Shown here: positions 51,130 to 64,000 of the stretch, piece by piece | How positions within the stretch are numbered: position 1 is the first letter of the stretch | Layout: each line of letters begins with the position of its first letter | Made by a program: the position numbers and the translations under genes | Notes under the pieces: model-generated | What the model was told of the DNA's origin: nothing | Database searches by the model: none | Seen by the model: only the letters and a program-made list of their open reading frames with translations | NCBI RefSeq assembly: GCF_006345805.1 | Contig: NC_042997.1 | Coordinates: 90,148,001-90,212,000 of the forward strand | Source: Octopus sinensis | Taxonomy: Eukaryota | DNA length: 64,000 nt | Direction: 5' to 3'

Positions 51130-52270
51130 TTCTACTCTAGGCACAAGGCCCAAAATTTTGGGGGAGGGGGCCAGTCGATTAGATCGACCTCAGTACGCAA
51201 CTGGCACTTAATTTATCGATCCCAAAAGGATGAAAGCTAAAAAAAAAATCGACGTCGGCGGAATTTGAACTCAGAACGTAAAGACAGACGAAATACCTAT
51301 TTCTTTACTACCCACAAGGGGCTAAACACAGAGGGGACAAACAAGGACAGACAAACGGATTAAGTCGATTACATCGACCCCAGTGCGTAACTGGTACTTA
51401 ATTTATCGACGCCGAAAGGATGAAAGGTAAAGTCGACCTCGGAATTTGAACTCAGAACGTAACGGCAGACGAAATACCGCTAATCATTTCGCCTGGCGTG
51501 TTAACGCTTGTCAGCTCGCCGCCTTAATATAACCTATTATTAGAAATCATTATCGACTTTGCCTTTCATTCTTTCGGGGTCGATAAATTAAGTATCAGTT
51601 ACCTACTGAGGTCGATCTAATCGACTGGCCCCCACCCCCAAAATTTCGGGCCTTGTGCCTAGAGTAGAAAAGAACCGTTACCACTCCGGAAAAAGTGCTT
51701 AACGGTATTTCATACGTCTTTACGTTCTAAGTTCAAATTCTTCCAGAGTCGACTTTACTTTTCGTCCTTTCGGGGTCGATTAAATAAGTAACAGTTGGGC
51801 ACTGGGATCGATGTAATCGACTTACCCCCTCTCCCGAAATTGCTGGTCTCGTGCCAAAATTTGAAATCGATATTACCAAAGCAGAATCATTAGCACTCCG
51901 GACAAAATGCTTCCAATTCTTTATGCGCTAAGTTCAATTCCCGCTGAGGTTAACTTTACCTTTCATCCTTTCAGGGTTAGTAAAATAAAGTACTAATCAA
52001 GTACTGGGTTCGATGCGGCCGGCTAAACTCCCATTCCCAAATACTATCCTTTTGCCAAAATTTCAAACGATAAAGGGCGGCAAGATAGCAGAAACGTTAC
52101 TACGCAGGACAAATTGCTTTTCGGCATTTCTTCCGGCTCTACGTTGTGAGTTCAAACGCCGTTGAAGCTGTCTTTGCCTTTCATCCTTTCGAGGTCGTAA
52201 AAATAAGTACCAGGCGAGCACTGGGACTGACGTAATTGACTAGACTCCACTCTCACCAAAATTTCAGGCT
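51130..52270. mobile_element. Cluster of about 6 SINE-like copies of one family in mixed orientation
   Basis: Repeated gtcgactttgcctttcatcctttcggggtcga...aagtaccag motif and its complement. Confidence 0.8.
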
Positions 52271-52470
52271 TTGTGCTTATAGTAGACAGGATTATTAGAC
52301 ACCATTTTTATGTCACCCGCAGTTCATGGTTAATTTTCCCCGTTTATCTTTTATTTACTTTCGTCGAGTTCAATGTCAGAATAAGCCTTTCACTACCGAC
52401 CAAAAAGAAGACAACATGGGAGGAGCTACCCATAATAAATGCGTTGTTGTTTAATGCTTAAAAGAAAAGA

Positions 52471-52507
52471 GTCTTGACGTTTCGGACGCTAATCCTTCAT
52501 CTGCAGG
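52471..52507 (-). ncRNA. Degenerate hammerhead-like motif
   Basis: CAGATGAA-gga(ttagcg)tcc-GAA-acgt-C; core U4A change and poor stem I. Confidence 0.3.
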
Positions 52508-53442
52508 ATGATGGGAAAGAAAAAAACAAATGAGTAGGAATGAGAAAAGGTGACTTAAAAAGAAGAAAAAAGGAGCCAGGGACCTAGTGGGAACGAAGTA
52601 CTGTGGGAGGAGAGGCAACGCTAACCTGGACAAGGTGTTTTCTTTGTGTGTGAAAGACTACCAGCAATTTTCCATGTTATGCATGCAAGTCTTACCTCGC
52701 TACTCCACAATCGACGACTGTTGTTACAGGCATTGACGTCAAACGACTAAGAGCCAAACATTTCGTCCAATGCTCTAACAGGTCAGTAAGACTAGCACCT
52801 TGGATTAGTACTTATTTGTCAAGGCCGAAAGGATGAAATGCAAAGTTGACCTCGGTGTGATTTGAACTCAGAGAGCAGTGAATTGAAGCAAATATTATAA
52901 AGCGTTGTATCCAACTCTTTAATGACTCTACTAAACTTTAATAGTTTTTCTTTTTTTTTTTACTAAACTACAGACATGGAAGAGTACCTGAAGAGTTTGT
53001 CTATCAAACCAACCCCAGTACTTATTTTAAAGTCTGATACTTATTCGTTCGCTCCTTTGCTCAACTACAAGATCGCGGGGTGGAGGGCATAAAAACAAAA
53101 CAAAACATCAGTTGTCAGATGGTATAACACAAATACATACGAGACGAATTTCTGCACAGTTTCTGCATACAAGATATATTCACAACGAATTGGTCTACTC
53201 GGAGTTATAGTGGATGACACCTGCTGGGATTTTATGGTGGAGGACTTTTTGGGTATGTTCTATGGGGGAAGGGGTTGAGCAGTAAACCCAAGAGCTGTCG
53301 TCATCGGTACAAACTGTAACTACGCCACTGTGGTTAAACGTAGATACATGCATACATACACATATATATTCACACACATATATGCATACAAATATGTATG
53401 CACGTATATATGTATTGATAAATGTATACATACATGCATACA

Positions 53443-53474
<32 letters not shown>

Positions 53475-53488
53475 ATATCTATCTATGA

Positions 53489-53562
<74 letters not shown>

Positions 53563-53588
53563 ATATCTATCTATCTATCTATCTATTT

Positions 53589-53828
53589 ATTTATATTAAG
53601 GGCATTACTATACATAAATGCCTCACGCTAGGAGGGACTCTTTAAGTCAAAAACTACCATAATAAACACATTGTGCCGAATGCGAGGGAATGCAACTCTC
53701 GAACAACTCTCACTTCGAGAGTTGCATTCCCTCGAGTTCGGTACAATGTGTTTATTATGGTAGTTTTAGACTTTAAGAGTCCCTCCTAGCGTGAGGCATT
53801 TATATATAGTAATGCCCTTAATATAAAT
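53589..53828. repeat. Near-perfect 240-bp palindrome (115-bp arms, 10-nt loop)
   Basis: atttatattaagggc...aactctcgaa / caactctcac / ttcgagagtt...gcccttaatataaat; only a few mismatches. Confidence 0.95.
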
Positions 53829-53928
53829 GACTATATTTAAAGGGAATAATTAATAAATTTTACCCTTATGAGGTTTTTCACGCTATAAAGATTTTATCCT
53901 ATTTTTAAATTATGTGTGTGTATATATA

Positions 53929-53968
<40 letters not shown>

Positions 53969-54024
53969 GGTATGTAATCATAATATTCATTTGGGTTCAT
54001 GATAATGATATATAATATATATAT

Positions 54025-54350
54025 TATTGGGTTGGCAACTAAATTCCCACCGTTTTTTAAATTTCGGAATTTATTGCGTTTTTAAATTTTGGAATCTTTT
54101 ATTTTTCAAGAATTTTATTTTTTAATCATTTTGGAATCTTTTTTTTTTCTAGTTAATTTTTGTTTATTTTCAGATCATTAAAATGAAATGCCAAGTTAAG
54201 AAAAACGAACATTTTCGACACCTCCTTCTTTTTGCTCTTAATCAAGGTTCTAAGGCCGCAAAACCTGTTCGCGACATTTGTGCTGTGTATGGAGAGGGTG
54301 CTATAGCTGAAAGAGCCGCTCGTGATTGGTATGCCAAGTTCAAAATTGGA
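54025..54350 (+). mobile_element. Mariner 5' fragment (TIR plus N-terminal HTH)
   Basis: tattgggttggcaactaa TIR-like start; HFRHLLLFALNQGSKAAKPVRDICAVYGEGAIAERAARDWYAKFKIGNF. Confidence 0.85.
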
Positions 54351-54705
54351 AATTTTCAATTTCTGTCTTCCACCAACCCCTACTCCGATTACAGGAATCT
54401 TATGTATATGTAGGTGAAATAAATATTGGAGATGCTTTGCCCCAAGCAGGAACTACAGGAACTACTCAGGAGTTTTGCAAACTCCTTTTTTTTTCTTTTT
54501 TAAATCCATCGCAATGTTGGAAGCTATTCCGTATCATCATCAGATATCTCAGGGTGTGCGCTTCCCCCTTTAGCCTGTGCATTTCACCTGAGTGGGGCAG
54601 CGAGGACTGAATTAATTTTCGCCTACAGAAGGGTCCTATTTGCGATCCTTTGTCAGTCATAGCCACTGCTAGTTGGTTCCAGTTGCCATGGTTATTTCTT
54701 TAGTA

Positions 54706-54912
54706 CAGTGGTTTCCAACTTTTGTTTTGCCCCGCACCCCTAATAACTTTTAATATGTTCTCGCACCCCTTAAAGTAATAATTTATATAAAAATAAAGGT
54801 GCCCGGGGCAATTGCCCTCTTTGAACCCCTAAAAATCCAGCCCTGATCACACCTCTTGGAATGCTATCTCGCACCCCGAAGGGGTGGGAGCACATCTGGT
54901 TGGGAAACCCTG
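54706..54912. mobile_element. hAT MITE
   Basis: TIR cagtggtttccaac / gttgggaaaccctg; perfect 8-bp TSD ctttagta (54698-54705, 54913-54920). Confidence 0.9.
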
Positions 54913-55613
54913 CTTTAGTAGCTTTCTTCACTTGTATGGGTCCTAGACCACTCCGCCTAGCTGAAAAACCGCGACAGTCGACTTCAACGGGGAATGAGAC
55001 TGTATGTCATCCCTTGAAAAAGGTCTCGTCGACCAAGCCCTGATTTTGGGCTTTCTTTCGCAGGTAAGAAACGTCTAGTCTGTACTCCGCCGCCCCCAGA
55101 GTACTGGTAGTTCAGCGACGATAAATGATTGCTTTTGCACTCCTGGAGGAGAGCATGAACATGTCTCCGTGTTACCTCATTTGAGAAGACGAGGCTACAC
55201 TTCAGGTTTACATGCACCTTCCAGTCTGAAGCTAACTGCAAAACAGAAAGCGAACCTCCAGCTGTATAATCTCCATCAAAAGTCTCCAGTCATAACTTGC
55301 CCGTTGACCCCGTGGACGCACAAACGTAAAGCAACAAGAGTTTGCTTCGACCGTCTTAAAAATATTTTAAATCACAACTATGGTATTGTGAACTCTTTCT
55401 TTTAATAGTTAATGATAGACGTTTGTGTGTGTGTATGTGTGTGCGTGTGCGCGTGCGTATGTCTGTGAGAGTATGTGTATGTTAGTATATGTGCGCGCGC
55501 GTGTGCGTGCTTGTGTGGTTGAGCGCATGCGCGTTAGTGTCTGTGTATTTATACACACACAGACATATATATAATTCATAGATGAGATCCAAATACTCTC
55601 CGTATAGATTTAC

Positions 55614-55647
<34 letters not shown>

Positions 55648-55648
55648 G

Positions 55649-55693
<45 letters not shown>

Positions 55694-55761
55694 ATATAGA
55701 TAGATAGATATGATGTATATTATATAATGTCGGTATACATTTCTATAGTTACTTATATATT

Positions 55762-55813
<52 letters not shown>

Positions 55814-56205
55814 ATATGTTTCTTTATTAGCCACACAGGGCTGCACACAGATAGAACAAATTACAAGGTAGAGCTTTTCTTTTGAAGATTTAAAAAAAAA
55901 AAGAAAAAAAAAGGAAGGGGGAGTTTCGATCAAAAGGGATCGTAAAAGGAGAGAAAGAGGACAAAAAAAGGGGGGTTAAAAAAAAAGGGGGAGAGGAAGA
56001 AAAAAAAAAAAAAAAAAATTGATCAATAGGGATCGTTATCACAGAAATGTCAATATGAAGTGTAAAGGGGAGGACAGGTGAGGTTTACCCGTGGAAAGAA
56101 AAGCCTACGGAAAAGACCACGGTAACCTCGGTCAATGGAGTCACATGTTATATTTCTTTTTTTTTTTTTTGCAAATAAGCAACTCTCTGTTTTCAATTTC
56201 TGGGT

Positions 56206-59200
56206 TCATAGGATCATGCTCAAGGTGGCTTCGTCATTCATACGTGCCATTCTTGCTACATTCACCCATCTTTTTTTAAAACATTCGCTAGACAAAACTT
56301 GCCTCTCTACTCTCACTTTCCTTTTCAAGTGGTACTTGAAGAAGTTGATGAGAGATTGACCAGAGAGGAAAGTGTTTGTCTCCAATCCTTTCAGACGCGT
56401 CCACCAGATACATTCTTTCGCCATAGCCACAAGGATGATGAAAATAGCTCTTCCTTCCCGTTTGAAGGAGGGAGGCGTGACAATATTAACGATAGACTCA
56501 GCTGATAAACCGACTCGTCCCACACGTGACAGCAGTTGTTCGACATAAGCCCACAGGTCGGAAATTGTTGGACACTGCACGAGTGCGTGCAGAACGGTTT
56601 CGTCGCTCTGACCGCATCTCGGGCAGGTCGGCCCCGTGTTTCTCGAGCCGTGTCTGTAGAGCTTATCCCGAACGGGTAGCGCTTCTCGGTAGCACTGCCC
56701 GGCCAGGGATCTCTGGAAGTTGTCCATGGGCCCTGGCCCGAAAGTCGTCCTGAACAGGCGGGTCAGGTACTCCTCGTCGACGTCCAGGTTCGCCCCGAGC
56801 TCGTCGTCGTACCTCCCCTCCACTAAACCCCTATAGAATGCTTTGGTTGTGTTGAAGTCACTCAAGGTCGACCCAGGACGGCAGAGTTGCTTGAGAGCAA
56901 CGCGACACTCGCGGTGCCATTCGCCCTTCTTCGGCCTCTTTTTGATCCACGACTGCAGTTCGGTCATGGAGACGAGCTGCGGGAAAGCGTGCCTCACAAA
57001 CGGCGACCACACCTGTTCACCGTCGTCTACATAGAGCCAGAGATGTTGCAGTCTCAGCGCGTGTCTGCGCATCATCAACCACGGCATGCCCAGCCCTCCT
57101 TTTAACGGGTGTTGACAGCAAATGGATCGCCTGACCATCGGGACGCATCCTTTCCACAAGAAGCGAAAGAGAATGCGTTGTAGTTTGGTGATGGTAGGGT
57201 CGGGACAAGGTACGACGGTCAGGCGGTAGTAGATGACGGACGCGATGTACGTGTTCGCCACCTCCGCCCGACCTTTTAGGGACAGTTTCCTCTCGGCCCA
57301 TTGCCGAGCGAGAGTGACCACCCTACTCGTTATCTCGTTCCAGTTCTTCTCCACTTGGAGGTCCGGACCAAACCAGACCCCGAGCAACTCAACCGGGCCG
57401 TCGGTCCAGCGTCCCACGACGGAGGCGCTGGTGGACGGCATGGGCTTGCTTCTCCAGGTGCCTAGTCGCAAGCCCACTGACTTTTCCCGGTTGATTTTCG
57501 CTCCTGTCACCGCTTCGTAGTTTTTCAGTGTCTCGCCGACCTGCTCGATGTGCTCGTGACTAGACACTATGACGGTGACGTCGTCCGCGTATGCAGACAC
57601 GCTCGTCTCGCATCCCAGTTCTCGCGGGATACCTCTCAAGGTTGCCAGCTTCCGCAATAATGGCTCGAGAGTCAATACGTATAGAAGCGCCGAGAGGGGG
57701 CATCCCTGACGGACCGAACGTGCGATGTCGAAGGGTCTCGATAGATGTCCATTCACGCGAATTACCGAACGGATGCCTCTGTACAAAGCGGCTATCCAGC
57801 CGCGGAAGACGGGACCGAAGCCAGCCGCTCCGAGGACCGCCTCCAAGTATCGATGGTCCACCCTATCGAAAGCTTTCGATTGATCCAAATTGATCAGCGC
57901 CCCACCCATGCCAGGTTCGTTAACTACCCTGTCTATGATGTAGCGCATCAGGTGGAGGTTGTCATGGATGGTCCGGCCTGGCACGGCGCATGTTTGCGCC
58001 CTGTCGACCAGTTTCTCGATGACAAGCGCCAACCTCTTGGCTAGTACCTTGGCCAAAACTTTCAAGTCTGCATTAAGCAGAGTGATGGGCCTAAAGTTAT
58101 CTATTACATTTCCCTTGTTTAGATCTTTCTTCAGCAGTGTTACGGCTCCTCGGCTCACAAAACCAGGAATGCTCCCGTTTTGCTGCCAGTTGCAGTACAC
58201 CGCCGCCAAGAGATCTCCAAACAAGTCTGGCATACAATTGTAAAGCTCGTAGGGTAGACCATCCAAACCCGGTGATTTGTCCCCCGAGCATTCTGCCATT
58301 ACTTCCTGCACTTCTGCCGCCGTGATGGCACCTTCGCAGCACCCTGCCTTTCTTGTCGAGAGTCGTGGTAGGCTATGTAGGTAGGCACTGAAGTCCACCC
58401 TACGTTCTTGCCCTCCACTCGTTCCGAACAGTCGGGCAAAATGCTGCTGAAAGGCCTCACACGTTTTACTTGGCTCGAGCAATTCGCGCCCCTGTTCATC
58501 TACCAGGGACCGAATGGTGGCTTTGTTGCCCTGTTGCGCCTCTGCCACCCGGGCCTCTCTCGCGGCTCCAACACCTTCGTTCCTTAGAGCACGCATCCTA
58601 GCTCTGACAGCACATCCTTCGTGTTTGGCGTTGAAGTGTTGGTCGAGGGCCAACCTCGCCGCCAAAACGTCGGATGCGATGCCGCTTCTAATTGCCTCTT
58701 CTAGCTTCTTAACTAGCTCACCCTCTACTCTATTTCTATCTATGGCTAGTGCTTTGCTGTACCTAATCGCTTCTGCTTTTACTGCTCTCTTGAGGGCAAA
58801 CCACCATTTGTTGTTGATAATGGCTCCCGTCAAAGCCCTCCTTACTAGTGTGCTAATCCGGTCTCTGAAAACCTGTCTCGATGGGAAAGACGCGTTTAGT
58901 TTCCAGTATCCGGGACCCTGCCTAAGTGTCTTACCTAAGTCTAGCGTACATGTCACAAGTTTGTGATCCGTGTAGCTGACTATGTGGAATTGTGGACATC
59001 CTATGCTATCTCTGTCTACTGTCCTACACAGTATCCTATCTAGATACGATCTCGACGACCCGATGCGGTTGCTCCATGTCCACGTTGGCGCATTCGGGTG
59101 CTCTAGTCGGAACCTGTCAGACAGTTGAAAGCGTCTGAGCAGGTCTCTGAGGCATTTGCATTCCCGTCTATTCCTATCTCTACCCACGTAGTCTACATGC

Positions 59201-59642
59201 GTGTCCAAGGTAGCATTCCAATCCCCCACTAAGAGTAAAGGACGAGACGTTCCCAAGAATACTTCTAGACGTTGAAAGAAATCCGCCCGACCTGTTAAGG
59301 GCGGTGCGTAGACTGATACGAGTCGAAAAGCGCACCCATTGCTGCCGTCGACATCCAGGACGACCAGTCTACCCTCCGGTCTACGAATATTGTCCTTACT
59401 TTGAGATCCAGACTCTTGTGAAAAAGTACCGCGGTGCCACTACCGCCCATTCTCGACAGACAGGGGGAAAAATAAATGTTGAACTGTCCGCCAAACATGG
59501 TCTTTAGGGCCCGCGGATTGTGGAGTCTGGTCTCACTTATGGCTATGATTTCTAACTTATGTGACTTTATGTCATTTAAGAGGTACCCTTGTTTCCAAGG
59601 GGACCCCAAGCCACGCGCATTTACACAACCAATCTTGATCAT
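56206..59642 (-). pseudogene. ORF2: AP endonuclease + reverse transcriptase + C-terminal Cys/His motif (~1145 aa if one -1 frameshift near 59369 is repaired)
   Basis: IGCVNARGL, ISETRL, VGDWNA, YLDRI, TDHKLV; KSPGLDGLPYE, LDQSKAFDRVDH, RQGCPLS, AYADDV; CPRC...ETVLHALVQC. Confidence 0.95.
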
Positions 59643-59686
59643 AGTCCTAATGAATTAGAATACAAGTGAAAGGAACAGAGGGTTAC

Positions 59687-61019
59687 TTACTGCTCGAAAG
59701 TTTTTGCTTTCTCCTCTTTTGGTTTGTCCTCGAGGAGATCCCAGTACAGTTTCTTTGTGAGATATTTTTGGCATTTACCAACCGCGCTGGGGAAAATGCC
59801 TTTGAGTGTGTGGTGCAGACTTTTGGAGATGTGTAATATTTTGATGTGGTCTGGTGGTGTTGTGTATGGGTGATTGTTTGTTTTTATGTCATCTTCTGTT
59901 ATGTTTGTTTTTGATTGGATGTATTCCATCAAATTTGTGTTTTTGGTGTCTATAGCTGTGAGCATGTTTGTTGTATATATTTTTGTGGTGTTGGTGTGGC
60001 TGTTGTTTGCGTTGGGTTTTGAAATGTCTTCGTGAGATGTATTTCCCCCTGCTTTGTTCGTGTTTGCATTTGGTTTGGTTGTGTTTCTGCTCTTTATTTT
60101 CCTTCTTTTTGTAGCTATTTGCCATTCCTCACTGGTTTCGTCTTCCGACGAAATTTCTGAGGAATCAGTAGGGGGTAGGGGTATGTTGTGGGCTTCTATG
60201 TATGTCTGTGTAAGTGGTTGTGTTGTTGTTTTCGTTGTTGTTGGTTGTTGAGTGTTTGTGTGTGTTGAGTGCGGTATAAGGGATGGGGGATCAGTTTGTG
60301 TGTGTTTTCTTTGTTTTTCTGTTCCTTGGGTTTTGCTGTTGTTGGTGGTGTTGGTATTTTTTCAGGTGTTGAGTGGTTTTTGGTTGATGACGGATTAGCT
60401 TGGTGTGCTTCTCTTGCCGTCTTCTGTGTTGATGGTGGTGTGGGTAGTAGAGCTTTTTTCCGGAGTGCTTTGGTTGTGGTAGTGGTTGTTGTTGTTGCTC
60501 TTGGTGTGCAGTGGTTGGGCACGTCTTTTTCAAGTGTGTTTCGCTTCCACACAAATAGCAGCGTGGTCGCCTGCCCTCTACCACTATATAGAGTTTGTAG
60601 CCTCCTGGCAGTTCTATAGCGGTGGGTATCTTCTCTCTTGCTGCTTCATCCAATTGAAGCAGGAATTCGATTGATTTGCCCACATAGTCTTTCTCTCCTA
60701 GAATCGCGATTTCCAGGATGTTTGTCTCTGACATTGTCTCTGTCATTTCAAAGCAGATGGCAGAGAACAACCATTGTGTTTCGACTTCAAATGGTATGTT
60801 TTTTATTTGGACTTTCGTGACCCTTTTGTTTAAATAGACTGGTATCATTACCAAGTCGTCCGAATGTAGCTCCAATGTGGAAAAACGTTTTGCTAAACTT
60901 TCGTTGAGGAAACGTACTTGGACTGTACCAAATTTGTTTCCCCAACTGATATATTCCTTGGAGTCCCATGCAGGACGAAAGCATTTTTCGATTTTTTCCT
61001 GCGGTGCATTTTCTGAAAG
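59687..61019 (-). pseudogene. ORF1 (gag-like, CCHC knuckle), no start codon, frameshifted in the Q/T-rich C-terminal half
   Basis: Frame open from ~61019: ENAPQEKIEKCF...GNKFGTVQVRF...VEGRRPRCYLCGSETHLKKTC; C-terminal pieces lie in other frames, ending KEEKAKTFEQ*. Confidence 0.8.
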
Positions 61020-61032
61020 ATAGATAGATAGG

Positions 61033-61069
<37 letters not shown>

Positions 61070-61309
61070 GGATTGATAGATAGCTAGATAGATAGGTAGG
61101 TAGGTAGGTAGGTAGGTAGGTAGGTAGGTAGATAGATAAACAGATAGATATATTATTTCATATAGATAGAATTTAAGGCAGCGAGCTGGCTGAATCGTTA
61201 GCACCGGGCAAAATGCTTTTCGTTTTGAGTGTTCTAAACAATATATATATATATGTATGTTTATACATACATATATATATATATGTGTGTGTGTGTATGT
61301 GAGAGAGAG

Positions 61310-61351
<42 letters not shown>

Positions 61352-61466
61352 TACATATGGCTGCTATCTACCAAGTTCACTTACAAGGCATTGATCAACT
61401 CCACAACGTGGTTGCAAAGTCAGTTTCTTAACCAGACAGCCAAACCTGCCTGAATACCCATATATA

Positions 61467-62672
61467 CGAGTTTAAGTCAAAAATTATACCCATTCTTCTT
61501 TCTGTAATTTATTTAAACAAAAACAGGGATCGAACAATTGCATCATTTTTCGACAGTCTCCTTATTTTTCGATGTATTTCTTCCAGTGTTCCACAAGCTT
61601 GCTTATTTCATCGGTGAAGAAGGTTTTCGGCTGGCCACGCAAATTATGCACCGCCTCCTGCGCTTCTTTGTCCGTAGCAATTCGACGATCTCGTAAATCC
61701 TGTTTGAGCGGCCCAAAGATATAATAGTCGGAAGTGACGAGATCAGGATTGTATGCAGGGTGTTCCAGCAACACGAAACCCAATATTTCAATGGTTTCAA
61801 CAGTGTGGGCGGCCGTACAAGAGTGTGTATTGTCGTGCAACAATAACATTTGCCTTGACAATAGCCCTTGACCTTTGATGCAAATTGCTCATTTAAGTTT
61901 GTTAACCAGCATTTCACTGTAGCCTGCACTGGTGACTGTAGACCCCTTTTCTGAGTAATGTTCTAGAATAAGCCCTTTTGCGTCCAAAAAATAGGCCAGC
62001 AGCACTTTTTCTGCGAAAGGTTGAGTCTTGAATTTCATTTTCGTAGGCGATTCCTGATGTTTCCACTTCATACTTTGCCTTTTGGATTCTACCTCAAGTG
62101 ATGCACCCAAATTTCATCTGTGATTATTCTCTTCAAAAAAACCTTCGCCTCCATCGTTGTAGCGGTCGAGGAAGCTATAACGGATCTCCAAACGATTACA
62201 CCTATGCGCTTCGGTAAGTTCTCTTGGCTTCCATCTCGCACAAAAAGCTTCTCGTGAATGATTAATTTTCAGAAAACACGTCACACCTTCGATGGTCACT
62301 CGTTCACAAGAAATATCTCATGAGCTTGCAGAATATTCACGGTGAAGGTTTATGGTGTCCTGTTCCCTCTTCGTGTTTCACGCTTGTCCGGCCATTTTAA
62401 AACTTCGCGATCCACTCATACACATTTTTACGCAGTAGAGCGCTATCCTCGTATTGTACTGAAAGCCTATGATGCATTTCTGCCTCTGACACACTGTCAG
62501 CGGAGTGGCCATGCTTTCCCTGTAACACAAGAAAGAAAACTGAAGCGATCAAGGGGAAACTTCGGCTACGTTACCACAAGCGTATCAATTCTCAATATGC
62601 GAGCGTTGAAGGCTGCACAGTGAAACTAAAGAAGATTTTTAACGAAAGTGTGGATAAATTTGACTTGGCTTG
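61467..62672 (-). mobile_element. Decayed near-full-length mariner (D,D34D-type), ~1.2 kb
   Basis: CARWKPRELT, IIT-DEIWVHH, SKRQSMKW, KVLLAYF, LLLHDNTHS, LEHPAYNPDLVTSDYYIFGPLK; degenerate TIRs share aagtcaaa..ttat.cc. Confidence 0.88.
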
Positions 62673-62781
62673 TGCGCGCGCGCGTGTGTGACACACACAT
62701 GCATATATGTAGTTTCACAGGCCCCTGCCGGAAGCTCGACTCCTTCAGACTTTGGATTGCCGAACTGAATCAAACTTTTTG

Positions 62782-62818
<37 letters not shown>

Positions 62819-62821
62819 ATA

Positions 62822-62916
<95 letters not shown>

Positions 62917-63351
62917 ATATGTATATATGTGTGTGTGTGTGTATATATATATGCGTATAGAGACGTGTATATGAATATAATTGTGCGCGTATGGATATAT
63001 ATATATATATATATGTGTACATGTGTATGTATACATGTGTATGTATACATATAGGTGTGTGCGTGGGTGTGCATGTATGTGTTTCACGCGAGTATGAGTG
63101 AGCATATGCATATATGCACATGCACGTGGGTGTGCTTGCGAGCATGTGTATGTATGTACATGCGCGCATACGCGGATTCTATGTGCGTGGGTTTACCTTC
63201 TTCGAGTATTTTTACTTTCTCCCTATTCGGGCAATTTCCCTTTATTTAACAGTCATTCTCATAACTCTTTTGTTTGTTTTAATAACGGTCATCATCATCA
63301 TAATAATTTCCTTTTATTTAACGGTCATTTTCATAGCATTTTTGTTTGTCT

Positions 63352-63415
63352 TAATAACTGACGAGATGCCGGAGCAGATTTCCGCTCCGACATCTGAAAC
63401 TCTGAGTTTTATTAT
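63352..63415 (+). ncRNA. Hammerhead ribozyme with extended stem II
   Basis: taataa-CTGACGA-gatgccggagc(agatttcc)gctccgacatc-t-GAA-actctgagt-T-(t)ttatta. Confidence 0.65.
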
Positions 63416-63499
63416 GGCAACCGACTAATTGTCACGTATCATATTATAGATAAATTCCTCTATTTACGTAATATCGAGGTCTCATTCATTCTTTTGTTG

Positions 63500-63502
63500 T
63501 CA

Positions 63503-63573
<71 letters not shown>

Positions 63574-63628
63574 CATCATCATCATTATTATTATTATTAT
63601 TATTATTCAGTAGTTTTATTTTTATAAC

Positions 63629-63689
<61 letters not shown>

Positions 63690-64000
63690 TAGTTTTATTT
63701 TTATAGCGTGCTTTCACTTCACTACCGAGCGCAGCTCTGTGTGCCTTGGGTATGTGCTGCGATTTGTTGTGATGCTCTGATGGTTATTGTATGGAAAGTG
63801 TTCTGCGTAGGATGTGTGCAGTGGCTAGTAGTGCAATTTTCTGTATGTTATATGTGTTTGTAAGTCCTGGTGTTTTTGTTATGTATTTGTCTGAATATTT
63901 TTTTATCATCATGCCTAATGCACCTACTATGATAAGAATTGTTTCTGTTTTCAGATTCCACATTCTAGTTACCTCTATTTCCAGGTCTTTGTATTTTGAG
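63500..64000 (-). mobile_element. R4/Dong 3' end with (TAA)n tail; continues beyond the window
   Basis: Reverse complement of the 3' end and UTR seen at 30170-30495. Confidence 0.9.

Larger units (their letters stand above)
55819..61019 (-). mobile_element. Tx1/L1-group LINE, ~5.2 kb, 5'-truncated within ORF1
   Basis: ORF1 with zinc knuckle, ORF2 APE-RT-zinc finger, 3' UTR with AATAAA next to (TA)n; the 5' junction lies in (TATC)n. Confidence 0.93.

Noticed and set aside
54999-55068. Possible first exon MSSLEKGLVDQALILGFLSQ|gtaaga
   Set aside because: A single good donor only; no supporting partner exon

Overview
AT-rich, microsatellite-saturated animal genomic DNA; the repeat families resemble those of an octopus/cephalopod genome (recognition, not a database result). 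No complete host gene is recognisable. The first ~17.3 kb is CpG-poor and holds a few candidate minus-strand exons, like a methylated gene body. The rest is CpG-richer and is a transposon mosaic. It contains: (1) a young 2.75-kb non-autonomous LTR element (602-bp LTRs with 6 differences, tRNA-Trp PBS, PPT, TATA TSD, no gag/pol); (2) a Penelope-like (Naiad-type) RT-GIY-YIG element between ~1-kb inverted pseudo-LTRs, each carrying a minimal hammerhead ribozyme; (3) a nearly full-length Tx1-type LINE whose ORF2 is broken by one frameshift; (4) R4/Dong fragments tied to (TAA)n, one interrupted by an RTE insertion; (5) Tc1/mariner relics, hAT-type MITEs and many SINE copies. The most striking unexplained signal is a dispersed set of about 9 hammerhead-like motifs, several with non-canonical cores, in short elements embedded in (TA)n tracts, together with several fold-back inverted repeats. 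Most ORFs in the supplied track are microsatellite artefacts.
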